Positions 1 to 8,709 of a stretch of DNA of 32,000 nt are shown here, one piece after another (the stretch's first letter is position 1; each line of letters begins with the position of its first letter). Both the position numbers and the translations under genes were made by a program. Origin of the DNA: Candidatus Iainarchaeum sp. (GTDB lineage: Archaea > Iainarchaeota > Iainarchaeia > Iainarchaeales > GCA-2688035); the NCBI GenBank assembly GCA_028713935.1, contig JAQTNI010000004.1:11756-43755 (forward strand), read 5' to 3'. Below the pieces are notes generated by a model. It did not search any database and was not told the DNA's origin. It was given only the letters and a program-made list of their open reading frames with translations.

Positions 1-1
1 C

Positions 2-424
2 TTGAAGAGACACACATACCCCAGAATATCATTAAGTGTATGCTCTAGAAATCTCTGGAGCGGCGTTTGTATTCTCCTGGCCAAAACAGGATTTCAGTTT
101 ACCGTCTCATATCAAAGACCAAAGAATAACGAAAGTCAAAAATATCTCGTGATGCTAAGAGGTGATGCTAATGTAATAAATTGGATTAATAACATTGGTT
201 TCAAAAATCCAATAAAATATAATCGGTTCCTAATTTGGAAAAAATTTGGATTTGTGCCCTCTGGATTAACTCATGAAGACCAAAAAAAAATTCTAAACGG
301 CACAATAGACCCAAATTCATACTATGTTGAAGAACTTCTGGAAAATGATGGTCTTGTTCCAATGCTAGTTAAACGAAGGCTTAAGGTCAGCCAAAACTTT
401 GAATCTTTTATTCCTAAAGATTAA
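2..424 (+). CDS. C-terminal part of a LAGLIDADG-type (homing-endonuclease-like) protein; the 5' end lies outside the window
   Basis: The ORF is open from the window edge to TAA at 422-424. The pattern RISLSVCSRNLWSGVCILLAKTGF...LRGDANVINWINNIGFKNPIKYNRF resembles the scaffold that follows the second LAGLIDADG motif in free-standing archaeal members. The motif itself would lie upstream of the window, so this is recognition from memory only. Confidence 0.4.
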   Translation: MKRHTYPRISLSVCSRNLWSGVCILLAKTGFQFTVSYQRPKNNESQKYLVMLRGDANVINWINNIGFKNPIKYNRFLIWKKFGFVPSGLTHEDQKKILNGTIDPNSYYVEELLENDGLVPMLVKRRLKVSQNFESFIPKD

Positions 425-453
425 AAACACAATTACCCAAAAATTCATTAGTT

Positions 454-529
454 GGGCCTGTAGCCTAGCCTGGATATGGGCGCTCCGCTTCGGACGGAGA
501 GGTCGGGGGTTCAAATCCTCCCAGGCCCG
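454..529 (+). tRNA. tRNA-Arg, anticodon UCG; CCA not encoded
   Basis: Hand-folded cloverleaf. Acceptor stem GGGCCTG (454-460) pairs with CAGGCCC (522-528). D stem is GCCT/GGGC. Anticodon stem is CTCCG/CGGAG with loop CTTCGGA (anticodon TCG at 490-492). Variable loop is 5 nt. T stem is GGGGG/CCTCC with loop TTCAAAT. Discriminator is G529, followed by CAG rather than CCA. Confidence 0.9.
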
Positions 530-554
530 CAGTTATTTTTCTTATTGAAGCAAT

Positions 555-1655
555 TCATACAAGTTGTTTGACTGCCCAATAGGTTGGGTGGTTCTTGGCA
601 CCCAAGCGACGCTTGAATGCATTTAGTTCAGGCGTTTCACTTCCCCCTAAATCAATTGTTTCAATTTCTGGCAATTGTTTTTTTGCTTCTGCAAAAACAT
701 TGAGAAGTGCAAATGTGCTTAATGCCCCAAACCCAGTTGCCTTTCTTGGAATGCCCAGTTCATTTAGCAGGTTTTGGCTTCTCTTTGAAATGCAGCAATA
801 GAAAGCAAGTTTGTCATTGGAAATTTTTTCTCCGACAAAAATGCTTGTTGGAATGTCTCTGCTTTTTCCGCATAACCTGCCAACAATGGCAAATTTTTTT
901 TCATAATCTGATTCTAAAAGATTCCAATAATCTTCCGGCATTGAACCAATGGTCTTGTGTTCTTCGCCAAGCATTTTGAAGTGAGACGCAACTATTTGCT
1001 TTGCTTCCGAAACTGAATATTCGCCCCATTGCCATTCAAGCCCGTGTTGTAACAGAAAGTTGCTGAATCTGTTATAGGAAGAACGGTTCCATTTTGATTT
1101 TATGTAAAGGTTTTCATGCCTGTGAAGGTTGTCAGAATAATTAAACATCTCGCTTAGCTGCAAGATTGAATAGGAAAAAGTTTCGTCTTCGGCAAAAGCA
1201 GTTTCATGCCAAGGTTGCTCTTGAACTGGGGAATAGCCGTGCGCCAAAAAGTGCCTGAATTGTTCCAGAGAAAGGAACCGTATATAAAAAAACTTTCCTT
1301 TGAGTTGCGGGCATGTTTCCAATGCGGTTTTCGCAAAGGCATTTACTGCCCTGAATGAATCTATTCCCCGTGGCGCAACTGCCATGAGATGCCCTCCATC
1401 TTTTTCTTTTTCTCTGCGGTAAACACTGATGCCAAAAATATTTTTTTTGTCAAAATAACGCAGCCCCATTGGATTCAAAATGCTCAAACCTCTTGGATTG
1501 CGGCCAGTGCAATATAAGAGAAACCCAAGATAAGAAAGCCCAAAGGTCCCGTCTTTGAAGTTGTTAATATATGCAGCGTCGCGCTCAGTTAATTGTTTGA
1601 CATGCTGCAATGTAAGAAGTTCTTTTTCTATAGACTCTCTGAAAGAGGCATTCAT
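555..1655 (-). CDS. Hypothetical protein, 366 aa; possibly a DUF2156-like (lysyl-phosphatidylglycerol synthase C-terminal / tandem GNAT fold) protein
   Basis: Long ATG-initiated ORF with protein-like composition. The overlapping + strand ORFs are short and low-complexity. The family assignment is only a weak resemblance in length and motif spacing (...ETFSYSILQL...KSKWNRSSYNRFSNF...) recalled from memory. Confidence 0.6.
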   Translation of the reverse strand: MNASFRESIEKELLTLQHVKQLTERDAAYINNFKDGTFGLSYLGFLLYCTGRNPRGLSILNPMGLRYFDKKNIFGISVYRREKEKDGGHLMAVAPRGIDSFRAVNAFAKTALETCPQLKGKFFYIRFLSLEQFRHFLAHGYSPVQEQPWHETAFAEDETFSYSILQLSEMFNYSDNLHRHENLYIKSKWNRSSYNRFSNFLLQHGLEWQWGEYSVSEAKQIVASHFKMLGEEHKTIGSMPEDYWNLLESDYEKKFAIVGRLCGKSRDIPTSIFVGEKISNDKLAFYCCISKRSQNLLNELGIPRKATGFGALSTFALLNVFAEAKKQLPEIETIDLGGSETPELNAFKRRLGAKNHPTYWAVKQLV

Positions 1656-1691
1656 TAATATGTTTTCTTGAACCTAAAATATATAATTTAA

Positions 1692-1735
1692 AATATTTTT
1701 TAACTAAAAAAGTAATATTTTTAATATTTTTTAAC
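1692..1735. promoter_or_regulatory. Repeated AATATTTTT(TAAC) boxes in the divergent promoter between the 366-aa gene and the Lrp/AsnC gene
   Basis: AATATTTTTTAAC occurs at 1692-1704 and again at 1723-1735. A shorter AATATTTTT sits at 1714-1722. All lie in the 94-nt intergenic spacer just upstream of the regulator ATG at 1750. Confidence 0.3.
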
Positions 1736-1749
1736 CAAAATGGTAAAAT

Positions 1750-2223
1750 ATGAAGTCAGATGCTGCTTTGGACAAGCAAGATTGGAAGATTTTACGGGCT
1801 ATTTCGCATGATGCTCGCATGCCTGTCAGCCATATTGCGAGACAAGTGGGCATGTCGCGCGAAACAGTCAAATATCGATTGAAAAAATTGAAATCCAATG
1901 GATTCATAAAGTACTTTCTTACTTTTTTGGATGTAGCAAAAATTGGTTATCCTGTCTGGGGGTTTATGCTTATTTCCTTCAAGGATTTGGATGCCAAAAG
2001 CGAGGATGAATTTGACAAATACATCAAAAGGAATCCTTATGTCCTTTTTGCTTACAGGGCATTAGGCGAATGGGATTATGGCATTGAATTTTTTGCAAAA
2101 ACCCCCCAACAGTTGTATGAAATCCAGCTTGAACTTAAAAAGCAGTTTTCAAAAATTATCAAAGATATACGGACAGGTTCCATTATTGAAACTGTAAAAA
2201 TAAATTATGTCCCCCAGATCTAA
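1750..2223 (+). CDS. Lrp/AsnC-family transcriptional regulator
   Basis: N-terminal HTH pattern LDKQDWKILRAISHDARMPVSHIARQVGMSRETVKYRLKKLKSNGFI, followed by an approximately 80-aa alpha/beta (RAM-like) C-terminal domain. The 157-aa size is typical. Confidence 0.88.
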   Translation: MKSDAALDKQDWKILRAISHDARMPVSHIARQVGMSRETVKYRLKKLKSNGFIKYFLTFLDVAKIGYPVWGFMLISFKDLDAKSEDEFDKYIKRNPYVLFAYRALGEWDYGIEFFAKTPQQLYEIQLELKKQFSKIIKDIRTGSIIETVKINYVPQI

Positions 2224-2284
2224 CGGCTCCGCAAATCGCCTTTTGTGCATTGTTTAATAAAATAATTCGCATTTTTATTGTTAT

Positions 2285-2566
2285 ATGCCCGAAGTTCCGA
2301 GAAAACCAAAGCCCAGGGAACAGCGAGTGGTTTCTACTTCTGTAAGGAATATTATCCCAAAGATTCGTGCATCGCAGGCAGCTGAAAAAAATGCTTTGCT
2401 TGAAGCCGAGAGGGCAAAAGACCCAAAGAGTAGAACGCTCTGGCTTGAACAGGCTGCAATGGAGAGAAAAATCCAGGAAGGCTTTGCTTTGGCAGCCAGG
2501 ATAAGAATAGGGTTTGACAATCCACGGGACACACGCCTAAGAAAGCTTGAGGCTAAATCCAAATAG
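2285..2566 (+). CDS. Small basic hypothetical protein (93 aa)
   Basis: ATG ORF with K/R/E-rich, helix-like sequence. An AT-rich TATA-like stretch lies about 25 nt upstream, consistent with a leaderless start. A fully open antisense ORF (2281-2562) is hydrophobic and low-complexity and is judged to be a shadow. Confidence 0.5.
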   Translation: MPEVPRKPKPREQRVVSTSVRNIIPKIRASQAAEKNALLEAERAKDPKSRTLWLEQAAMERKIQEGFALAARIRIGFDNPRDTRLRKLEAKSK

Positions 2567-2570
2567 CCGC

Positions 2571-3944
2571 TTACAAAAAGCTTTCTTTTCCTTTAAGGTA
2601 AGAAGTTAGGAATTCCGCGAATTCCTTGTTTTTTGAATAGAGCGCAAGAAGGTTTTTTTCATGCAAGATAACTGTTCTTTTTTTTATTGCTTTTGCAATA
2701 TCCCCGCTTTCCTCTTTTGCAAGGATTTTAAGGTAGGTTTCCAAAAATTTTTCCGCTGAAGTGAATTCCCTTTCTGTTTCAAGCACCCATCTTCCTTTTT
2801 CAATGCGGGGCCCTGACAATGGCTTTGGGTGTGCACGCAAAAATTTTTCACTGTGCTCTTTCATTGAGGCAAGCGGGCCAATTCTTTTCTCTGCTTTTTG
2901 GAGCAGGAGGCTTTCCAGTTCAAACAGGAAAACAATGCTGTTTTTTTCATCGCTCCATTCCGCTGTCTGGCTTGCCTTGAAAGCAGCCAAATCAAGCTGT
3001 TTTGCAATTTTGCAGCCTATCCTTTTTATCTGGCCCCACGCAATGTCAGGCAGTGTGCCTTTCGGATAGGCAATTTCAATTCCGATTAATTCTTTTTTTT
3101 GCAAAATTTTTCTTATTTTTTCAATTGGAAAGGGAATTGTTTTTTCCGGGAAAAAGAATTTCATTGAAGGCTTTTTTAAGAAAGCATTTGCAGCCGCAAC
3201 AATCCTTTCAAACTGTTCAAGCGAAAGCGCTGCAGCAACATTCCTGTTTTTGTCAACAGGGTCAATTATTGCCAGGTGCCCTGGAAATTTTTCCCTCGCC
3301 TCTTTTGGCGCATAATATTTTTCAATGTCAATAATTGTTCCGGGAACCCATTTTGAAATTGCTTTTATTGCCCCCTTGAAACTTTTGTATTTTAGCACAA
3401 GCAATTCAACAACATATCCTGGGACAGAGCTTGTTTTTATTTCAGCGCCATAACTGCCGATTCCCTTGAAAAATTGCCTCAAAAGCCTTGTTTCATTGCA
3501 CAATTTTTTTGAAAGCCTTTTTTTAAGGAAAAGATTGTGCAGAATGCTCCTGTCAACGCTGCTCTGCTTTTGCGATGCATTGCTTATTTTATAGCTTGGA
3601 ACAATTTCAACTTCAAAGCCATTAATCACACCGCGGATATAAGGGTGCTCTGAATACGCTTTTTCCCATTCATGGCCTTTGAAAATTGCTTTTCCTATCC
3701 GCAGGCCTTCTTTTTCAAATTCCCGCCTGCCAAGGCCTCTTGAAAACAAAACAAAAATATCAAGGTCCCTGTCGCCTTTCAAATGAGTGTTTCTTGCGCT
3801 GCTTCCTGCCCATGCAACTCCAATGTGCTTTCCTTCCATTGCCCTTATTTTTCCGATTATTTCTTTGGCAAGTTTTTTTTCAGATTTTTTTTCCTGCTCT
3901 GAAGGGACTGTCCTTTCAAGCACTTGTTTCAGCATAAGCTTCAT
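2571..3944 (-). CDS. cca: CCA-adding enzyme (archaeal class I tRNA nucleotidyltransferase)
   Basis: N-terminal class I nucleotidyltransferase signature GSSARNTHLKGDRDLDIFVLF. The 457-aa length and overall layout are typical of archaeal Cca. Confidence 0.9.
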   Translation of the reverse strand: MKLMLKQVLERTVPSEQEKKSEKKLAKEIIGKIRAMEGKHIGVAWAGSSARNTHLKGDRDLDIFVLFSRGLGRREFEKEGLRIGKAIFKGHEWEKAYSEHPYIRGVINGFEVEIVPSYKISNASQKQSSVDRSILHNLFLKKRLSKKLCNETRLLRQFFKGIGSYGAEIKTSSVPGYVVELLVLKYKSFKGAIKAISKWVPGTIIDIEKYYAPKEAREKFPGHLAIIDPVDKNRNVAAALSLEQFERIVAAANAFLKKPSMKFFFPEKTIPFPIEKIRKILQKKELIGIEIAYPKGTLPDIAWGQIKRIGCKIAKQLDLAAFKASQTAEWSDEKNSIVFLFELESLLLQKAEKRIGPLASMKEHSEKFLRAHPKPLSGPRIEKGRWVLETEREFTSAEKFLETYLKILAKEESGDIAKAIKKRTVILHEKNLLALYSKNKEFAEFLTSYLKGKESFL

Positions 3945-4049
3945 TTAAACCCAAAAATTAATGAAAAAACTAATTTATATAGGTTATTCCAATTATTACT
4001 ATTGCGTTTCTTGCAGGGATTCGGCTTGATTGAAAAAACACCAAAAAAA

Positions 4050-5579
4050 ATGTTCAGGAAAAGGCTCGATGCCTATGCCGACATTGAAATTTTTGAGGGC
4101 TTTCCGTTTAACCATTACATTGTTTCCGAAACAGGCCTTTCGCCAAAAGAAAAAACAATTGCGGGCGCCCTGATACAGCTTGCTTCTAGAAAATCTTCTT
4201 TTGGAGACCTGGAAACAGCGCTTGGAAAAAACTCTTCTTTGGTTGAGGACATAAGGCGGAAAATTGTCCAGCCAATTGACGCGGAAGAAATGATTCTCAG
4301 GTTTCCAAGCACTGAAAGTGCGGCTTCCATAAAAAATTCCCTTTTTGAAATTGCAAAAAAATTCGGTTCTGAAAACCCGGAATTGTTTTCGCAGGAAGTC
4401 ACTGACGAAACAATTGGCTTCAAAAAACTTTCACCTTTGATGAGAGACCCGAACCTTGAAGAAATAATGGTGAACGGCTTCAACAGGACTGTTTTTGTTT
4501 TCCACAGGAAATTCGGGTTTTGCAGGACAAATATTGTTGCAAAAGAAACAGGCTTCCTGAAAGACCTGATTGAAAGGATTGCCTCCAGTGCAAACAAGCA
4601 GCTTACTGAACAGCACCCCTTGCTTGATGCAAGGCTGCCCGACGGAAGCAGGGCAAACGCAACACTGGAATATGTAACGCCTTTGGGGCATTCCCTTACA
4701 ATAAGAAAATTCAACCAGGTTCCATTGTCAATTTCAGACATTGTCGCAAACAAAACAGTTTCAAGCGAAGTAGCTGCTTTCTTATGGCTAATGGTTGAAG
4801 GCATGAACATTGAGCCAAAAAACATTATAATAACCGGCGGCACAGGAAGCGGAAAAACAACTCTCCTCAATGTGCTCGGCTTTTTCATAAGGGCCCATGA
4901 AAGAATTGTTTCAATTGAAGACACTCTGGAAATAGACCTTGCAGGAAGAGAAAACTGGATTCAGATGGAATCAAGGCCAAAACTCAGGGACATAGCGGAA
5001 GTTACAATGGACGATTTGCTCAAAAATTCTTTAAGAATGCGCCCAGACAGGCTGCTTGTTGGAGAAGTCAGGGATGAGGCGGCCCAAACTTTGTTTGTTG
5101 CAATGGACACTGGCCATGACGGGATTCTTGGCACTTTGCACAGCAACAGTGCAAGGGAAATGCTGTTAAGGCTGAAAAGCCCGCCAATGTCTGTTCCAGA
5201 ACAAATGCTTCCACTGCTTGATTTTGTAGTTGTAATGCAAAGAAACTACAATGACAAAACAGGCGTTACAAGAAGCATAAAGCAGATTGCGGAAGTTTCA
5301 AGAATGGACGACAAAGTCCTGCTTGCAAATGTTTTTGAATTAAACGACAAAACAGGCCTGCTTGAAAGGACAGACATTCCGAGCCATGTTTTTGAAACCC
5401 TTGCGCAAAAATCGGGAATTTCAAAAAACGAGCTGAAAAGAGAGCTTCTTGTAAGGCAAAAAATCATTGACTGGCTGCAGATACAAAAAATCCATTCAAA
5501 CAAGGAAGTAAGCGAAATAATCCAGATGTATTATTATGACCCGGAAGCAATCCTAAAAAAAGTAAGCGGCTCACTCTGA
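4050..5579 (+). CDS. Type II/IV secretion-family ATPase (FlaI/ArlI/PilB-like archaeal type IV filament assembly ATPase)
   Basis: Walker A GGTGSGKTT, Asp box/Walker B RPDRLLVGEVRDEAA, His box GTLHSNSA. The start is placed at ATG 4050 (MFRKRLD...) because the track start at 3924 would overlap the divergent cca start. Confidence 0.88.
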   Translation: MFRKRLDAYADIEIFEGFPFNHYIVSETGLSPKEKTIAGALIQLASRKSSFGDLETALGKNSSLVEDIRRKIVQPIDAEEMILRFPSTESAASIKNSLFEIAKKFGSENPELFSQEVTDETIGFKKLSPLMRDPNLEEIMVNGFNRTVFVFHRKFGFCRTNIVAKETGFLKDLIERIASSANKQLTEQHPLLDARLPDGSRANATLEYVTPLGHSLTIRKFNQVPLSISDIVANKTVSSEVAAFLWLMVEGMNIEPKNIIITGGTGSGKTTLLNVLGFFIRAHERIVSIEDTLEIDLAGRENWIQMESRPKLRDIAEVTMDDLLKNSLRMRPDRLLVGEVRDEAAQTLFVAMDTGHDGILGTLHSNSAREMLLRLKSPPMSVPEQMLPLLDFVVVMQRNYNDKTGVTRSIKQIAEVSRMDDKVLLANVFELNDKTGLLERTDIPSHVFETLAQKSGISKNELKRELLVRQKIIDWLQIQKIHSNKEVSEIIQMYYYDPEAILKKVSGSL

Positions 5580-5587
5580 TTAAATTT

Positions 5588-6121
5588 TCAGCCGAGTTCC
5601 ACCGAAAAAACCTTTTTGTAAATGCTTCCTTTTGGAGACAATTTTGATTCCATGAGTTCAAGGCTTTTTACTGCTATTTTTTCCGAAAAATTTTTTGCGC
5701 CAAGTTTTTCAAGAACAGCATCAAACTCTTTTTTTGTTGCGCTTTTGTTCCGTGCAAGAGTAACATGCGCATGAAAATTTTCTTCATCAATGCCTATTGC
5801 CTCACACAATTTTTTTGCAAGCAGCTTTACTTCTTCAGAGCCTTTTCCAATGCCAAGCCACAAAATTCTTCCCTTAAAATGCCTTATTTCGCAAAGCTCT
5901 GCCTCAAAGCCTTTAAAATTTTTCAATTGCATTGCTTTTTCCCGCAATCCAGGAATTTTTTCTTTTGGAAAAAACCCTAAAAAAACCAGTGTAATGTGCA
6001 GGTTTTCCCTGCTTGTTTTTCCAAAGCCTTTTTCAGGAATTTCCACAGCAAGCTCATTGAAAATTTTTTCTTTCAGCTCTTCGGAAAAATTTACTGCAAA
6101 AAACAATCTTGAATTTTCCAT
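5588..6121 (-). CDS. thpR: RNA 2',3'-cyclic phosphodiesterase (2H phosphoesterase, ThpR/LigT family)
   Basis: Two HxT motifs with the correct spacing (LHITLVFLG and HAHVTLAR). The 177-aa size is typical. Confidence 0.85.
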   Translation of the reverse strand: MENSRLFFAVNFSEELKEKIFNELAVEIPEKGFGKTSRENLHITLVFLGFFPKEKIPGLREKAMQLKNFKGFEAELCEIRHFKGRILWLGIGKGSEEVKLLAKKLCEAIGIDEENFHAHVTLARNKSATKKEFDAVLEKLGAKNFSEKIAVKSLELMESKLSPKGSIYKKVFSVELG

Positions 6122-6264
6122 TTCAGATTTGAATTATTTTTATATTATAAAACTATCTGCAGGGAAGGAATTGCCTGTTTTGCTGTTGGCAATTGTCGAA
6201 TTTGGGAATATGTTTTTATACGCCTGCAAACACTATTTTTGTTATCATCTGAACAGGCGTCAAT

Positions 6265-6711
6265 ATGAAGGGAAGTTTTTTGATTAAGGCAAAAAAAGAG
6301 AGTATCATTACTGATAAGGGTGTGAGGGCATTTGTCATGGACCATCTGCTGAATTCGCCTTTTCAAAAAGCGAGCGTGACAAATATTGATAAAAAAACTG
6401 TTGAAGTAAAATTGGAAGGTGACGAGAAGCAGATAAAGGAATTCATTCAAAACCTGCAGAAAGCCCTTGTTGTTGAGTTTGGCAATCCAACAATTTCTTT
6501 CACTCCTTTTGAGGAAAATCCTGTTTTGGAAATTCCAGAACTAATGCGGGCAAGCCAGGCATTAATGGTTGGGCAATTGCACAAGGGTGTTAATGTGCAG
6601 TTGGAAATTTTAGGCGCCTTGAAACAAATGTCTCTCGAATTAAGAGGGATGTCAAAAGGCTTGAAAGAAATGCTGGGAGAAATTGGAAAAGTTTTAGGCA
6701 GGCAACAGTAA
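6265..6711 (+). CDS. Hypothetical protein with an acylphosphatase-like N-terminal domain and a helical C-terminal tail
   Basis: GVRAFVMDHLLNSPFQKASVTNIDKKTVEVKLEGDEKQIKEFIQNL follows the acylphosphatase-like pattern (GfR.fv...a....G.v.N...g.Vei.leG....i..f). The canonical catalytic VxGxVQGV motif is absent. Confidence 0.5.
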   Translation: MKGSFLIKAKKESIITDKGVRAFVMDHLLNSPFQKASVTNIDKKTVEVKLEGDEKQIKEFIQNLQKALVVEFGNPTISFTPFEENPVLEIPELMRASQALMVGQLHKGVNVQLEILGALKQMSLELRGMSKGLKEMLGEIGKVLGRQQ

Positions 6712-6718
6712 CCTTTTT

Positions 6719-7312
6719 TCATTTCAATGCCTTTCTGAATTCTTTTTCAAGCCTTTTTATTGCCTTGCCGTTTTTCTTCATTTTTTCATTGGCTCTTTTG
6801 ACAAGAAAATCCAGAAATTTTTTTTCCAGGAGAATTTTGCCATTGCTTTTTACTGGCACTGAAATTCTCTGCGTGCCTTCTATTTCAAACAAAAATTTTC
6901 CAGGCTTTGCAACAATAATTCCGCCTCTTTTCACTCCAGCTCTTTTCATTGCCCCAAGCGCAATATTGGCATTTTCAAGGTTGTTTGTGCCAAGATGCAG
7001 TATAAGGGGCTCCATTTTGAACCAGATTTCCCCTGAAGTGTTTTCTTGCAGCGCATTCCAAGCTTCTTCAGGCTTTACCTGCCTGTGCCATTTCCTGTGA
7101 AAATTTGAGCCAAGCTTTTTTTCGTCTTTTTGCAGTTCAAGCAGCAAAATTCTCCCTGAACAGCAGCTTGAAGTGAAAAAATTTTTTGTTTTTGCAACAA
7201 AACTGCACAAGGGAATAAATGCTTCATCAGCTTTTTTTTCCTTTACTGCCTTTTCAAATGTTTCTGCATGCCTTTTTTTTGTCATTCCAAACCTTGTCTC
7301 TTCAGAGTTCAT
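6719..7312 (-). CDS. taw3: tRNA wybutosine/wyosine-synthesizing protein 3 (Taw3/TYW3 methyltransferase)
   Basis: Diagnostic FFTSSCCSGRI motif. The start is chosen at ATG 7312 (MNSEETRF...), which removes a 38-nt overlap with the upstream gene that the 7378 start would create. Confidence 0.78.
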   Translation of the reverse strand: MNSEETRFGMTKKRHAETFEKAVKEKKADEAFIPLCSFVAKTKNFFTSSCCSGRILLLELQKDEKKLGSNFHRKWHRQVKPEEAWNALQENTSGEIWFKMEPLILHLGTNNLENANIALGAMKRAGVKRGGIIVAKPGKFLFEIEGTQRISVPVKSNGKILLEKKFLDFLVKRANEKMKKNGKAIKRLEKEFRKALK

Positions 7313-7340
7313 TGCAAAACCTTCCGGATTTTCCTGTTTG

Positions 7341-8390
7341 CTATACCCTTGGGTCAAATTTTTTCTTGAGAATTTCAAAAATTTCCGCGAAAGTTAGCTT
7401 TTGCAGGGTTTCTATGGGCTGCAAATCTTTAGGGAGCGGCGCAGTTCTTACTTTTTCAAAAAATTTGTCCTCGGGCAAATAACTGCCACCTGCCGCAGCA
7501 AATAGTTCCCTGAATGTCCAGAAATAATTTTTAAGCATGATTTCTATCCTTTGTTTGTAAGATAATTTTTGCATTTCACCTATCGCATTTTGTGTTATTT
7601 CAGAAATTCTCGCGCAGAATGAGTTTATTTCTTTGTGGGGCAAAAGTTTCCCGTCAACTATGCAATAAAGCTGCTTTACTGATTTTGGCCAGTTGCCTTT
7701 GCAATTAACATGCTGGAAATTGTCAATGCTGATTTCAAAGCTTTTTGCTATTTTTTCTATCAGGGACACTTTCTTGAACCAAAGCTCCCTTGTTGCTTCA
7801 AGGAAAGGGCTGTCAAAATCAAATAGGTCCATTACAACAAACCGGCCTTTTTTTGTTTCATACAGCCCATGAATTTCGCAGCCGTTCACTCGCCTGTAGC
7901 CATAGACCGTTTCCACAAGCGCAAAAAAATCAAGGTGCAAGCTTTTTAGTTTTTCCTCGCAGGCTTTTCCATCAAGAGTGGGGATTTTTCCATCAATAAT
8001 TGAAACAACCTGTTTTTCTGAAAAAACCGCGTTTTTGCCATTCCTGTTGTAAGGGGTCTGTTTCATTGTTTTGTAGATTGAATAAGCAAGCTCTGCAAAT
8101 TTTTTTCTTTCCTCCACTCTTAAGATGGAATCACTTTTTCTCCCAGGCAAAAGCCCCAGATATAAGAGGCGTGACGGCATAAAGAACATCCTTCCTATTT
8201 CTTCAATGGTTTTGCCTTGTGCAAGGAGCGTGTTTATTTTGCCATATGCCATTTTGCGTTGCGCTGTTGCGCCGAAGTGTTCTATGTGCCATGCTTCGGC
8301 AGGCCAGGAAGTCCAGCCTGATTGCTTGTTCTTCGCAGAGAGCTTTGCGAAATCACTGATTACCCTGTCTGTAAAATCATCAAATTTCAT
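7341..8390 (-). CDS. Hypothetical protein (349 aa), no recognisable motif
   Basis: Long ORF with normal composition. ATG 8390 (MKFDDF...) overlaps the stop of the upstream swivel-domain gene by 11 nt, which suggests translational coupling. Confidence 0.75.
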   Translation of the reverse strand: MKFDDFTDRVISDFAKLSAKNKQSGWTSWPAEAWHIEHFGATAQRKMAYGKINTLLAQGKTIEEIGRMFFMPSRLLYLGLLPGRKSDSILRVEERKKFAELAYSIYKTMKQTPYNRNGKNAVFSEKQVVSIIDGKIPTLDGKACEEKLKSLHLDFFALVETVYGYRRVNGCEIHGLYETKKGRFVVMDLFDFDSPFLEATRELWFKKVSLIEKIAKSFEISIDNFQHVNCKGNWPKSVKQLYCIVDGKLLPHKEINSFCARISEITQNAIGEMQKLSYKQRIEIMLKNYFWTFRELFAAAGGSYLPEDKFFEKVRTAPLPKDLQPIETLQKLTFAEIFEILKKKFDPRV

Positions 8391-8709
8391 AAACAAGCCC
8401 CCTATTTGCATCAACCACTATTTTTTGACCATCTTTGATTTGTTTGGTTGCCGTGCGTGTTCCAACTATGCAGGGAATTCCAATTTCTCTTGCAATAATC
8501 GCTGCATGGCAAAGAATCCCGCCTGAATCAGTGATGATTGCCGACGCCTTTTTTATTAAAGGGACAAAAACTGGCGAAGTAAATTCTGCTACAAGCACAT
8601 CACCATTTTCAAATTTTCCTGAGAGATTATTTTCGCTTACGACTCTTGCAATCCCAACGGTTTTGCCTTTTTGCGCTGTAATGCCGCGCAGTATTTCTTT
8701 CATTGCCAT
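8380..8709 (-). CDS. Stand-alone PEP-utilising-enzyme mobile (phosphohistidine swivel) domain protein, 109 aa
   Basis: DSGGILCHAAIIAREIGIPCIVG matches the phosphohistidine swivel signature (G-G-x-x-x-H-A-A-I-x-A-R-x-x-G-I-P). No ATP-grasp domain or PEP/pyruvate-binding TIM barrel is fused to it. Confidence 0.85.
   Translation of the reverse strand: MAMKEILRGITAQKGKTVGIARVVSENNLSGKFENGDVLVAEFTSPVFVPLIKKASAIITDSGGILCHAAIIAREIGIPCIVGTRTATKQIKDGQKIVVDANRGLVYEI

Noticed and set aside
2281-2562. 93-aa minus-strand ORF mirroring the 2285-2566 gene
   Set aside because: The hydrophobic, Ser/Ala/Leu-rich low-complexity translation is typical of an antisense shadow. The + strand product looks like a real basic protein and has a plausible promoter.
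4115-4924. 269-aa minus-strand ORF inside the secretion ATPase gene
   Set aside because: It lies antisense to a gene with unambiguous Walker A, Walker B and His-box motifs. Its translation has no motifs and an odd composition.
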